Of a stretch of 64,000 nt of DNA, positions 1 to 14,730 are shown one piece after another. Positions within the stretch are counted from its first letter, which is position 1; the number at the start of each line of letters is the position of its first letter. The translations under genes and the position numbers were made by a program. The DNA lies in the NCBI GenBank assembly GCA_963849325.1, contig CAWKHF010000002.1, forward strand, positions 352,001 to 416,000. The letters run 5' to 3'. This DNA is from an uncultured Planctomycetota bacterium (lineage in GTDB: Bacteria > Planctomycetota > Planctomycetia > Gemmatales > Gemmataceae). The notes beneath the pieces are model-generated. The model saw nothing but the letters and a program-made list of their open reading frames with translations. It was not told the DNA's origin and did not search any database.

Positions 1-694
1 GCGCCTCCGCTTCGCTCAGCCCTTGCTTCGCCGAGCCGGAGCCGCGGAAGATCGGCAGCCCGCGACGCAGGGCAATGATCTCGCGCCGTGTCCGTCCCTT
101 CGGCGCATCCGGCCAGCGGCCGATGCGCTCGTGAAAATCGAAGAACACCGGCACGATCTCGCGGAGGTAGCGCCAGTAGCCGGGATTGTCGGTCTGGATG
201 AAGAACAGGCCGCCGGGCACCAGCGCGCGGTACACGAGGGCGAGAAAGCTCGGCGTGATGAGACGCAAGTGGGCCTGGCCCGGCTCGTAGTACGGCTGCG
301 GGTGATAGCAGTGGATTTCGGCGGCGCGGTGCGGCGGCAGATAGCGCTGGAGCAGGCGGACGGCGTCGGTGACGGCGAAGCGGATGTTCGTCAGGCCGCG
401 CTGGTTGGCGCGGCGCGTGGCGTAGCGGATGACGACGGGCAGGACGTCGATGCCGAGGTGATCGTGGTCGCGGCGCCAGACGGCGCTGCCGAGCAGGAAG
501 CGGCCGTTGCCGCAGCCGAGATCGACGACCAGCGGGGCGGAACGCCCGAACAGGGCGGACAAGTCGAGCGGGCCCTCGACGGGGAGTTTCTTGAGGGCGG
601 TCTGCGTCCACTGGCCCGGGTCGAGGATTTCGCCGGCGAACGGCACGCCGAACTCGCGCTCGATGTGCCGGCGTTTCTTCTTGTCGTCCGGCAT
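1..694 (-). CDS. trmB: tRNA (guanine-N7)-methyltransferase, 3' end runs off the window
   Basis: Manual translation from ATG 694: MPDDKKKRRH...VVDLGCGNGRFL...GIDV...NIRF...HCYHPQPY...FIQTDNPGYW (SAM motif plus TrmB-like motifs). Not in the ORF track because there is no stop in the window. Confidence 0.8.
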   Translation of the reverse strand, partial: MPDDKKKRRHIEREFGVPFAGEILDPGQWTQTALKKLPVEGPLDLSALFGRSAPLVVDLGCGNGRFLLGSAVWRRDHDHLGIDVLPVVIRYATRRANQRGLTNIRFAVTDAVRLLQRYLPPHRAAEIHCYHPQPYYEPGQAHLRLITPSFLALVYRALVPGGLFFIQTDNPGYWRYLREIVPVFFDFHERIGRWPDAPKGRTRREIIALRRGLPIFRGSGSAKQGLSEAEA

Positions 695-698
695 GGCG

Positions 699-1504
<806 letters not shown>

Positions 1505-1517
1505 GGTATGGATGATA

Positions 1518-2779
<1,262 letters not shown>

Positions 2780-3023
2780 GATGTTCTCGTGGGAACGGAG
2801 GTCCATCGGTGCGTACTGTAAGCCTAGCCGTGCGCGCGTCGAGGTCAAGCCGGCTGCCTGGGAGAAGGTTAACGAGGAGAGCTTCCGATTGGCGCGGCCG
2901 TTCCCACCTTTCCCCACTTTCGGGTCGGCGCACGGCAGGGTCTCGGATTTCGGCGCTTCCCGGTTGCGGCGCCAAGGATTCGCCGGATACAGTATCACTA
3001 AAACTTCCACGCGAAGGATAGCC

Positions 3024-4320
3024 ATGCCTGCCGAAAAGTCGCTCGATGAACTGATCGCGCACAAGGCGATCGAATTTGCCGATCAGATCAAGAAGGCCGC
3101 CGGCATGGCGGACAAGGAAGAGGAAATCCGCATCGAGGTCGAGAAACAGCTGGCCTTCATCCAAAAGGAAGCCGGCGTCGAACTGCACGGCAAACACGAA
3201 TTCACCGTGGCCAAGGGCCGGGTGGATTCCGTCTATTCGCGCGTTCTGATCGAATACAAGAACCCCAGCGATCCCTCCGCTCGCATCGGTCCCAAGGCCG
3301 ACTCTCCCGGCAGCAAGAAGGTCGTCGAGCAGATCAAAAGCCGATTCCGCGGCATGAAGGACGAACACAGGCACCCGTTGGGCTCGCTCTTCGGCGTCGG
3401 ACTCGACGGCAAATACTTTATCTTCGTCCGTTTCCGCGATGGGGCCTGGCAAGTGCAGGAGCCGGCCGAGGTCAACCGTCACTCGGCCGAGCGCTTCCTG
3501 TGGGCGCTCTTCAATCTAGGCCAGAAGGGCAAGCCGTTCTCGCCGGAATACCTCGCCGGCGACTTCGGGGCCAACGAAGCCTCCATCGCCGTCCCCGGCG
3601 TCCATGCCCTCTACGACGCCATCCTCGCCGCCGACCACCCCAAGGCCCACACCTTTTTCAACCAGTGGAAGATCCTCTTCGGCGAGGTTTGCGGCTACGA
3701 CGTGGACAACCCGTCGGACAAGGTCAAGAAACTGGCCGATTCCTATGGCATCGCCTTGAAGGGCCTCAAGCCGGCCGAGCTGCTCTTCTCCCTGCACAGC
3801 TACTACGCGCTGTTCATGAAGCTGCTGGCGGCGGAGACCGTCGCCTTCTTCCACCGCGGACTACTCAAGAGCCAGGTGCAAAAACTGCTTCAGGCCGGCA
3901 CCAGCCAGAAGTTGAAACGCGAACTGGAAGAGCTGGAGGCCGGCAGCATCTTCCGTCACCTCAACATCACCAACTTCCTCGAAGGCGACCTGTTCGCCTG
4001 GTACACCTCCGTCTGGTCCGATGCCATTGAGAAGCTGGTCCGCGACATGATGACGCGCCTGGATAACTACAATCCGGGCACCCTTTCCGAAGACCCGGTG
4101 ACCAGCCGCGATCTGCTCAAGAAGCTCTATCAGCAGCTTTTCCCCAAAAGCGTCCGCCACGACCTCGGCGAATACTACACTCCCGACTGGCTGGCCGAGC
4201 ACGTCCTCAACGAGCTGGGCTACGAGGGCGACCCGGACAAGCGGTTGCTCGATCCGGCGTGCGGCTCCGGCACCTTCCTGGTCATGGCGATCAATCGCAT
4301 CAAGAAACTGATGAGGCCGA
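3024..4320 (+). pseudogene. N-terminal part of a fused restriction endonuclease / N6-adenine methyltransferase (Type IIG-like), truncated
   Basis: GRVDSVY..VLIEYK (PD-(D/E)xK-like), LGEYYTPDWLA, LLDPACGSGTFL (motif I). No NPPY/NPPW motif or target-recognition domain follows; the frame runs into the helicase gene to a stop at 4496. Confidence 0.75.
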
Positions 4321-4323
4321 ATA

Positions 4324-7108
4324 GTGTCCAACGGATCTCCCACTACATCCTTCATCGAAGGCGCCGTCGTCCGCAGCACGAGCGCGCTGTACAAGCCCTA
4401 CGGCATAGGCCGGGTAATGAAGGTGCGCGCCGAGCAGGCCAAGGTCGAGTTCAATCCCTCCGTCTTCATGTCGCCGCCCTACCGCTCCGAAAATAAGATC
4501 CTGCACTTCGCGGAGATGGAGCGCGTCGATTCGCCGCTGGACCGGGCGCGAGGGGGACAGTGGGACGAACCGTGGCGGTTTGAGCTGAAGATGCAAGCGG
4601 CCCGTTTCCTCTGCGGCAACAAGGGCGGGCAGCTCGGCAACGCTCGCACGGAGATCCTACCCCACCAGATCTTCGCCGCACACCGCGTTGTTTCCAGCCC
4701 ACGACGCCGCTTCCTGCTGGCCGACGAGGTCGGCCTCGGCAAGACCATTGAGGCGGGCATGATCTGGCAGGCGCTGTATCAGCGCGGTCAGGCCAAGCGC
4801 ACTCTCATCATCACGCCGGCCGGACTGACTACGCAATGGCAGGAGGAAATGCAGGACAAATTCGGGGCGACATTTGAAATCTTCGGCCGCGACTTCCTCG
4901 CCGTCAACCCGCGCGCTGGAGCTACCGCGCGGCGGCCATCGCCTCGCTGGACCGTCTCAAACGCCCCGAACACAAACGCATCCTGCTCGAAAACCGCAAG
5001 TGAGACCTCATCATCTTCGACGAGGCCCATCGCCTCAGCGCCCTCGATTACGCCTCCGGCAAGGTCGAGAAGACGCTGAATTACCGCCTCGCCGAGGAAA
5101 TCCGCCAACATCATTACAGCGAGGCGTTGTTGCTGCTGACGGCCACGCCGCACCAGGGCGAGGAAAACCATAGCCGCTTCAAGAACCTGCTGTCCCTGCT
5201 CGATGAGGATCTCGACTTCAGCGCTCTGGAGCACATGCCGCTTTTCGCCGGCAGCGGCAAGAAGTTCACCGACTTCATCATCCGCACGCCCAAGAAGGAC
5301 GTGACCGACGCGCAGGGCCATAAGGTCTTCAAGGGCCGCAAGACGCATCGGCTGCGCTGCCGGCCCTATCCCGCCGAGGCGCGTTTTTATCAGGCCGTCG
5401 CCGACTACCTTCGCCACGGCTACCGCATGTTGGAGCGCGTCAACGATCCAACCCGCCGCGCGCGGCGGGCTTCTTGTTGACCACCTTCCAGAAACTGAAT
5501 GCCAGCTCGACAGCCGCCATCCGCGCCGCGTTGTCGGGGCGGCTCCAGCGCTTGCAAGGTGCACTCGACGCTCTGCCGGACTCGGAAGAAGAGGACGACG
5601 CCTTTGACGAACGTTACCAGGGCGAACAGGAAGAACAGGCCGTCCTCAAGGACGACCGCGAAATCCTCGACGACGAACGATCGACCCTGGAAGGACTGCT
5701 GGCCATGCCCGTCAAACGGGACCGCAAGCTCGACGAACTGGTGCGGCTGATCGACCACATCGGCCGGGAAAGTCCTCGCGGTTCGGAAGAGAAAGTCTTG
5801 ATCTTCACCGAGTACCGCGAAACCCAGCGCTATCTGGTGCGGGAGCTGGAAGCGAAGCACGGCGCGGGGTCGGTCGTCGTCATCCACGGCGGCATGAAAC
5901 TGGAGCGCACCGGCGAGGCGGAGCAGGACCTCGACCACCTATGGGCTCCGTTGTCCCGAGACGGCGCGATGGCGACGCCGGCGACCAAGCGCTCGAGCCA
6001 ACGGCTTTTCCGCGACCATCCGCGGGTGCGCTTCCTGGTCTCGACCGAGGCCGGGGGAGAGGGGATCAACCTTCAGTTCTGCCATGTCTGTGTCAATTAC
6101 GATTTACCGTGGAACCCGATGCGGGTCGAACAGCGCGTCGGCCGAGTTTATCGCTTCGGTCAGGACAAGGTTGTGCAGGTCTACCACCTGTTCAACAAGT
6201 CCACGATCGAGGAAGTGGTGCAGACGTACTTCGAGGACCGCTTGCGGCGTGCGGCGACGGCCCTCGCCAAGGTGACGGGCGAGGATGCGGAAGAAATCCA
6301 GGGCGCTCTCAGCGGCCAACTCGAAAGCGAAATCGAGCCGACGCGGATTTACCAGCGTGCCTTGGTCGAGGGCGACCTCAACCAGCAGACGCAGAAAGAG
6401 ATCGCGGAGGCGGTGGAACGGGCGCGGCGGGCGTATGAGATCGCGACGCGGAGCCTGTTCCGCGACGTATCGCGTTACTCGTTCGACCACTACCAGCGGG
6501 AACTGGCCGCAGACCTGACGTTGACGGACCTGGAGCACTTCACCGAACGGTTCCTGGCCGCCCATCGCCGTCAGTTGCAACGGAAGGAGGCGTTTGTCGA
6601 ATTTATCGTCCCGGACGTGCTTCAGTCCGCGGGACTGCCGCAACGGTATCGGCGGGCGACCTTCGACCGCGAAGGGGCCATTCAGCGTTCGGATGTGGAG
6701 TTCTTGGCGCTGGGCCATCCCTTCGTGGACGCCATGCTGGCTTGCGTGGGCTCCTATGATTTCGGTGGACTGACGGCGGTTCGCCACATCTCAGAGCCGA
6801 GCTTGGCGGGCCGAGCCGGACATTTATTCCTCTTCATCGTTCGCCGGCGGATCGCGCACGAAGACGGCGACGAATGCCTCTTTTAGTTCCATCCCGTCTT
6901 CGTCCGCGCGGATGGTCACGTCGATGAGGAAGCGGTTGGCCCCGCTGTGGAGCGAAGCGGGGACGATGCGGTTTCGCTCCCGGGGGACAGGGCCGATGTC
7001 CAGGCGGCCTTTGGACTGGCCAAGCAATACTTGGAGCGGCAGGCAGGGGTCTGGAGTTGGGAGGATGACGTTGAGTTCCTGGGATTGAGTTGGGTCCAGT
7101 TTGGCTGA
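4324..7108 (+). pseudogene. SNF2/RapA-like superfamily II helicase, disrupted
   Basis: [71 protein letters not shown]. Frameshifts near 4920, 5470 and 6990; in-frame stops at 5001-5003 and 6884-6886. Confidence 0.85.
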
Positions 7109-7109
7109 G

Positions 7110-7209
7110 CCGAGCCGCGACCGTTCGGGAGCGGAGTTTCTACGTCGAGATACCGAGCCGCGACCGTTCGGGAGTGGTACTCGATGGCCTCCCTTGTTGG
7201 TTCGCTCCG
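7110..7209. repeat. REP-like family A copies (CCGAGCCGCGACCGTTCGGGAG(C/T)GG twice, plus a degenerate inverted arm)
   Basis: Direct copies at 7110-7134 and 7153-7177; the same motif occurs at 33525, 35004 and 49509. Confidence 0.8.
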
Positions 7210-7231
7210 CGAGAAGAAGATAAGGAGAACT

Positions 7232-8415
7232 TCAAATCCCTCCGCCGGCGGCGAACTCCAGCTCGACGTTCGAGCGGCGCTCGCGTGTTCTCCTCGGCGT
7301 AGGCGTTCATGTCGTACAGCAGTGTCTCGGCATCGCCGCGCTGGGCCTGCGCCGCCAGACCGGCGCTCGACGCGCACGGGGATCGGCCGGCTGTGGTGGA
7401 TCAGATAACCGCCATGAAGAGGATCGTGCTGTGACGGCTGGGTTCGACCGCTCGTCGAGACGGCGCGGGTCAGCAGGGAATACTCGCCGGGTTCGGCCGC
7501 CTCCCAGAGATACTCCCACAACGTCCAGCAATAGGGCGTGCGCGGACCAATCAACTCGGCGTCGCTCCAATTCCGGCCGCCGTCGATACTGACCTCGACG
7601 CGCGCCACCGCTTCCTCGCCGGCCCAGGCCACGCCGAACAGGCGGTTGGTGCCGACGCCCAGTTCCGCCCCCGCCGAGGGACGAATCAGCTCCGACTTGA
7701 CGGCCATCGGCCCGACCACGACCGTTTCCAGGCCGCTCGGCGCGGCGCGGCGGACGGTGTACTTTACGCTCTGGTAATAGCCGTGGAAGGGGCGGTCGAG
7801 CACCTCGATGCGCCGCAGCCATTTCACTGATGAAACGCCGTACCAGCCAGGCACGAACAGCCGCAGAGGAAAGCCGTGACTGGCGCTGAGCAGTTCGCCG
7901 TTCATGTGCGTGGCCAGCAGCGTGTCGCGGTCGAGCGCCTTGGCCAAGGGAAGACTGCGGGCGAAATACATCGGCTCGGGGTGGTCCGACTCGCTGCCTT
8001 GGTCGCAGCCCTCGAACAGGATCTCGACCGCGTTGGGACGGATGCCGGCTTGCTCCAGGAGACGGAACAGCGGCACGCCCGTCCATTCGGCGTGGCCGAT
8101 CGCGCCGGCGCCCCATTGCACGCCGGCGGCCTTCTGTTGCAGGAAGGAGCGGCCGTTGCCGGCACATTCGACGGTGGCGAACACACTTCGCGGCGGCAGA
8201 GCGAGTAGCTGCTCCCAGGTCCATTCGGCGGGCCGAGCGACGCTGCCCTCGATGCGCAGCCGCCACGACGGCAAATCGATGACGGGCGCCTCGAAGTGAT
8301 TGCGAACGAAAAACAGGCAGTTGGGCGTGACCCAACCGCGAAGACCCTCCAGGGGCGTCTCGCTGTTCTCCGGCGCGGTCGTCACGACCTTGCGCGTCTC
8401 CCGATTGTCGGCCAT
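7232..8415 (-). CDS. Sulfite oxidase-family molybdopterin oxidoreductase (C-terminal frameshifts)
   Basis: FFVRNH, TVECAGNGR, WGAGAIGHAEWTGV, HGFPLRLFVPGWYG..SVKWL. Confidence 0.9.
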
Positions 8416-8523
8416 ACTTTACCTCCCCATAGCGGCGAGCGAAGACGCCCCAAGTAACCGAGGTGGTGCGCCCTTAGCCCCTGCCTTATAATCTTAGCGA
8501 TGAAACCGAGGGCGAGGTGATCC

Positions 8524-9447
8524 GTGCCGGAATTGCCGGAAGTCGAAACCGTTGTCCGCGATCTGCAGCCGTGCCTGGTCGGCCGACGGCTGACGGCCGT
8601 GAAGCAGACTAGCCGGCACGCCCTGCGCCGGCCCTGGCGGCCGGCCTGGAGCGCCGAGGTCGCCGGGCGGCACGTCAAGGGAGTCGAACGGCGCGGCAAG
8701 TGGATCCTCGTGAGAATTGAAGGGGAAAAGACGCTCGTCTTCCACCTGGGCATGACCGGGCAATTGACCGTCACGCCGGCGGCCGCGCCCGTCGCCACGC
8801 ACACGCACTTGATCTTCCCGCTCGACGACGGCGAACAGCAATTGCGTTTCCGCGACATCCGCCGATTCGGCAGCGCTACCTTGTTCCGCGACCGACCGAC
8901 GCTGGAGGACTTTTTCGTCCAGGCGGGCCTGGGGCCGGAGCCGTTCGACCTGCCGGCCTCCTACTGGCGCGAGCGCTTGCGGGGAAGCCGGCGTTGTCTC
9001 AAGGCGGTGCTGCTCGACCAGGGCGTGGTGGCCGGCGTCGGCAACATCTACGCCGACGAATCGCTGTTCCAGGCCCGCTTGCATCCGGCCCGGCCGGCCT
9101 GCGACCTCGACGACGCCGAGGCCGACCGCTTACGCCGCGCTGTCGCCACCGTGCTGCGACGAGCCATCGAACAACGCGGGTCGAGCATCCGCGACTACGT
9201 CGGCGGTTCGGGGTTGCGAGGCGAATATCAAAACGAGTTCCGCGTCTACGGCCGTACCGGCGAGCCGTGTCCGCGCTGCGGCGCCGCCGTCGCCTGCCTT
9301 CGCCTCGGCGGACGTTCCTCCCACTTTTGTCCACAGTGTCAAAAATCAATCACCACGGAAAACACGGAAAACACGGAAAAAGATAAAAAAGATAAAAAAG
9401 GCAAAAATAACCGGAAACTCATTCGAGATAGATCGATGATTGATTGA
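8524..9447 (+). CDS. mutM: Formamidopyrimidine-DNA glycosylase
   Basis: MPELPEVET, HLGMTG, GVGNIYADESLF, C-terminal CPRC..CPQC zinc finger. The last ~30 aa are read from a repeat cassette. Confidence 0.97.
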   Translation: MPELPEVETVVRDLQPCLVGRRLTAVKQTSRHALRRPWRPAWSAEVAGRHVKGVERRGKWILVRIEGEKTLVFHLGMTGQLTVTPAAAPVATHTHLIFPLDDGEQQLRFRDIRRFGSATLFRDRPTLEDFFVQAGLGPEPFDLPASYWRERLRGSRRCLKAVLLDQGVVAGVGNIYADESLFQARLHPARPACDLDDAEADRLRRAVATVLRRAIEQRGSSIRDYVGGSGLRGEYQNEFRVYGRTGEPCPRCGAAVACLRLGGRSSHFCPQCQKSITTENTENTEKDKKDKKGKNNRKLIRDRSMID

Positions 9448-9484
9448 TCTGTCTTTTCTTTTTCCGTGTTTTCCGTGGTGATTG
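9347..9484. repeat. Mirrored tandem repeat: (CACGGAAAA)x3, AT-rich spacer, inverted x2
   Basis: caatcaccacggaaaacacggaaaacacggaaaa ... ttttccgtgttttccgtggtgattg. Confidence 0.9.
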
Positions 9485-9500
9485 GTTTTGAGAGAGTCGT

Positions 9501-11278
<1,778 letters not shown>

Positions 11279-11429
11279 GACCGCGCGTAGTCCGGTTGTA
11301 CTCTCTCTCCCCGTCAATTCTTGCGACGATCGGTATCACTTTTGCTGCTTAAATCCTTTGGGGAGCGGGGGCGAAAGAGACGGATGGCCCCCGGACTCGG
11401 CTTGATTTCAACCGTGAAGGAGGCATCCC

Positions 11430-11783
11430 ATGCGCAAGCTCATGTTGACCGCGATCGTGTTCGCCGCCGCCCTGGGGACGATGGCCGTTACTCCCTCGAA
11501 GGCCAACGCCTGGTGGGGTCGTTGGGGGGCTGGCTATGGTAGCTACTACCCGGGCTATTCCTACTATTACGCTCCGGGTTATACCAGCTACTACAGTCCC
11601 TATACGACGTACTCCATGCCCTACTACTACACCCCCAGTTACTACTACGCCCCCGGATACTCCAGTTACTACTACACCCCCGGATACTCCAGTTACTATT
11701 ACGCCCCGACGTATCGTCGTTACAACTACTGGCCGGGCTATCGGAGCTACTACTATGCTCCGGGCGCCTATATCTATCCGTGA
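11430..11783 (+). CDS. Small secreted Tyr/Gly/Pro-rich low-complexity protein
   Basis: RBS AAGGAGG, signal peptide ending ANA, YYYxPGYSS repeats. Confidence 0.8.
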   Translation: MRKLMLTAIVFAAALGTMAVTPSKANAWWGRWGAGYGSYYPGYSYYYAPGYTSYYSPYTTYSMPYYYTPSYYYAPGYSSYYYTPGYSSYYYAPTYRRYNYWPGYRSYYYAPGAYIYP

Positions 11784-11907
11784 GGGTGAAAAGAGTGGTG
11801 ACGTGCGGGGTGGGATGCCCGAGTCGTTCCCAGCGTGGCAGGCGTGCCTCCCCGCCTTTTCGAGCGTTGTCCTTTCGGCCGCGACGGCGCCTTGAAGGCT
11901 TCCAGAC

Positions 11908-12597
11908 TCAAGGCCCCGCTTCCGCTTCTGTTTTTTTGCGCTTTTGGGACGGGTCCGCCAACTCATGTACCTGCGGCAGGTCGCGCAGGCTTCTCAGACC
12001 GAACCGTTGCAAAAACTTCCGCGTTGTCGCGTACAGAACCGGCCGGCCCAGCGAATCGTCGCGGCCGGCGATGCGCACCAACCCTTTCTCCATGAGATGA
12101 TGCAGCATGTCCGCCGACTGCACGCCACGGATAGACTCGACGTTGGCACGGGTGATCGGCTGGCGATAGGCGATGATGGCCAGGGTCTCGCGGGCGGCGG
12201 CGGTCAGACGTAATTCGGTCCCGCTCCGCCGTAGACGCGCCAACCACGGATGATATTCCGGCCGCGTCAACAATTGAAAGCCGCCGGCCAATTCCTCAAC
12301 CTGAAAGGCCGTGCCGTCCCGATCGTACAGCGATTGCAAGCGCTCCACGAGGCGCCGCGCCTCGGCCGTGTCCGTCAGTCCCGCCACGGCGGCCAGTCGA
12401 CGCAGCGTCAACGGTTCGTCCGCCGCCAGAAGCGCCGCCTCGACCAGCGCCAGCCGAGGATCGCGGGCCGACTCGCCGGCTGCGGCCGCTTCCGCTTCCT
12501 CGACGCACAGCCGATAGACCGCCGGCAAACGGTGGTTGCGCGGGAGAGGCGTTCGATCGAATGGTTCCCATCCCCTTCTCAGCGGATGCCGCTGCAT
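11908..12597 (-). CDS. scpB: SMC-Scp complex subunit ScpB
   Basis: LVEAALLA, AGGFQLLT, ETLAIIAYRQPITR..IRGV, GRPVLYATT..FL..FGL. Start codon uncertain. Confidence 0.93.
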   Translation of the reverse strand: MQRHPLRRGWEPFDRTPLPRNHRLPAVYRLCVEEAEAAAAGESARDPRLALVEAALLAADEPLTLRRLAAVAGLTDTAEARRLVERLQSLYDRDGTAFQVEELAGGFQLLTRPEYHPWLARLRRSGTELRLTAAARETLAIIAYRQPITRANVESIRGVQSADMLHHLMEKGLVRIAGRDDSLGRPVLYATTRKFLQRFGLRSLRDLPQVHELADPSQKRKKTEAEAGP

Positions 12598-12624
12598 TGT
12601 TCCGTCGTCCTCCGCGCGTCCCGC

Positions 12625-12993
12625 TCAGCGGTCCCAGTAACTTTCCGCCACGCTTTCCAGCCAGCGAAACGTGTGCTCAATGACCTTGCGACGGGCCGTC
12701 TTGAAATTGGCGGCGGGCTTCAGGGCGTCGATGCCGCGATCGTACGTCGAGAGGTATTTCTGACCCCACTGCCGTACCGTGGCCGGCTTGGGCGGCGTGG
12801 CGTTGTAGCGTTCGCACAACAGCGCCAGGATCTCGACGCTGGGCATGAGCATGCTCTCGCCGTCCTCATCCAGCCGCATGCGTTCCGGGTCGGCCACGAC
12901 TTCGGTGATGGTAGCCACCAGCTTCGCGGTGAGCAGGGACAGATAATCCATCGCCCCGTCGTTACCGAAATTGTGTTCGGCGAAGGTCCCCAT
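12625..12993 (-). CDS. DUF4259-like protein
   Basis: N-terminal MGTF..NFGNDGAMD resembles the DUF4259 signature (MGxWxxxxFxND); GGAGG RBS. Confidence 0.55.
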   Translation of the reverse strand: MGTFAEHNFGNDGAMDYLSLLTAKLVATITEVVADPERMRLDEDGESMLMPSVEILALLCERYNATPPKPATVRQWGQKYLSTYDRGIDALKPAANFKTARRKVIEHTFRWLESVAESYWDR

Positions 12994-13070
12994 GACTTCC
13001 TCCGTTCCCGGGTTGTCAAGTAGGAAGCGTCACGGGTTGTTATAGGAGATTGGCTCTCGCCAGCCCCCTC

Positions 13071-13154
13071 ATTTAACCACGGATAACACGGATAACACGG
13101 ATAAAAAAGATAAACATAGTATTTTTATTTTTCCGTGTTATCCGTGGTTGAAAT
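13071..13154. repeat. Mirrored tandem repeat: (CACGGATAA)x3, AT-rich spacer, inverted x2
   Basis: atttaaccacggataacacggataacacggataa ... ttccgtgttatccgtggttgaaat. Confidence 0.9.
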
Positions 13155-13912
13155 TAGAACCAGCCTCCGGTGATGGGTAGCGTCTGTCCGGTGATGTAAC
13201 CACTTTCCTCACAGGCGAAAAACAGCACGGCATGGGCGACTTCCTCCGGCCGGCCGACGCGGCCGACCGGAATCTGTTGCTCGTACTGGGCCAGCACTTC
13301 CGGCTTGAGTCCGGCCAGCATCGGCGTCTGGATGACGCCGGGGGCGACGGCGTTGACCGTGATGGCGCGGCGGGCCAGTTCCTTGGCCAACACCTTGGTC
13401 AAGGCGATGACGCCGGCCTTGGCGGCGGCGTAGTTGGCCTGGCCGTGGAAACCGACCACGCCGGAGATCGACGCCACGTTGACGATCCGTCCGCCGTCGC
13501 GCAGGACCTCCGCGCCGAGCTTCGAGCAGTAGAAAACGCCGTCGAGGTTGGTTTGCAGCACACTCTGCCATTCGCCCGGCGTCATCTTCTTGACCGTGCG
13601 GTCGCGCAAGATGCCGGCGTTGTTGACGAGGATGTCGAGTCCGCCCAGCGTGTCGGCGATCTGCTTCATCAGGCCGGCGACGGCGTCGTAGCGACTGACG
13701 TCGGCCTCGAAGACGTGTACCGGCACGCCGTGGCGGCGCAGACGCTCGGCGGTTTCGTCGGCATCGCGGCGGTTGTGGCCGTCGGGGTCGGCGAAGTAGT
13801 TGACGGCGCAGGTGGCGCCGGAGGCGGCGAAGCCTTCGAGGATGGCCGCTCCCATGCCGCGCGAACCGCCCGTGACCAGGACGACCTTGTTCGGGAAACT
13901 GTAGCGGACCAT
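13154..13912 (-). CDS. SDR oxidoreductase, FabG-like
   Basis: TGGSRGMG, LVNNAGI, YAAAK, NAVAPG, ITGQTL. Confidence 0.9.
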   Translation of the reverse strand: MVRYSFPNKVVLVTGGSRGMGAAILEGFAASGATCAVNYFADPDGHNRRDADETAERLRRHGVPVHVFEADVSRYDAVAGLMKQIADTLGGLDILVNNAGILRDRTVKKMTPGEWQSVLQTNLDGVFYCSKLGAEVLRDGGRIVNVASISGVVGFHGQANYAAAKAGVIALTKVLAKELARRAITVNAVAPGVIQTPMLAGLKPEVLAQYEQQIPVGRVGRPEEVAHAVLFFACEESGYITGQTLPITGGWF

Positions 13913-14018
13913 CGCGGCTCCTTTCGTACCCTGGTTGCCTCGCAACAGGGGGCTGACGCCCCCCGCTCGCCTTTGCTATGTTGTAGGAAAGGTTCCCTTG
14001 CCGGAGGATGCCGTCGTG

Positions 14019-14709
14019 ATGCGATCATTTGCCGTTCGATGCCGGTCCCGAGTCGGGAGGGCTTGCCTGGCCCTGACGTTGCTGATGTTGCCGGCCTGTG
14101 GACTATCGGACTATGAGTCGCTGGCTCTGCAAGCACAGGAGCGCGAGGAGCGTTTCCGCGAGGAAAAGAGGCTTCTGGACGAGCCGGTGAAAATTCCCAC
14201 GCACAAGGATAAAGACGATCACGATGTTGCGTTGGCCGACATGTTCTTCCGGCCGCCCAAGGGCATTCAGGCGGTGTACCAGCCGGAGAAGCGCGACGAT
14301 CTGCTCTGGCAATACTTTCCGGCTCGAACCGGCAGCGACTTTGCCCGCGTCGAAATCGCCTTTGCCGAGGACAACAAGGAGTTCGCCGCCGAGGTGCTGC
14401 CCCATTTCCAGGCTTCGGGGCCGTCCCAGCAGCGGGTCGATACCCTCACGCCCCCAGGCCGGCCACAGCTCGAATTCGCCGTTTGGGAGTTCGACAACGT
14501 CCAGGAGGGCTACTCGATCAATGTGCTGCGCGGCCAGCCGCAAGTCGCCATCGTGTATGTGTACAATCCGACGCGCCGCGCCAGCCTCAAGAGGGCGATG
14601 CAGTCTGTCTCTGGAATCGCTGGCCCTCGGCTCGCAAGCGGTGGGGGCCCGCATGAAGTTCAAGCAAAAGTCGCCCTGGCAATTGAAGGGCGGTCCCCCC
14701 GGCCGGTGA
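14019..14709 (+). CDS. Putative lipoprotein (frameshift near 14600)
   Basis: Hydrophobic signal ending LPAC; coding-like composition across two frames. Confidence 0.55.
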
Positions 14710-14730
14710 ACGGGGACGACGGCCCTCCGC

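Noticed and set aside
5001-6886. Stop-codon reassignment (TGA=Trp or TAG read-through)
   Set aside because: TGA and TAG terminate many ordinary genes in this window, and the internal stops are confined to one accessory gene.
7110-7177. CRISPR mini-array
   Set aside because: Only two 25-nt repeats with an 18-nt gap, the motif is dispersed elsewhere as inverted pairs, and there are no cas genes.
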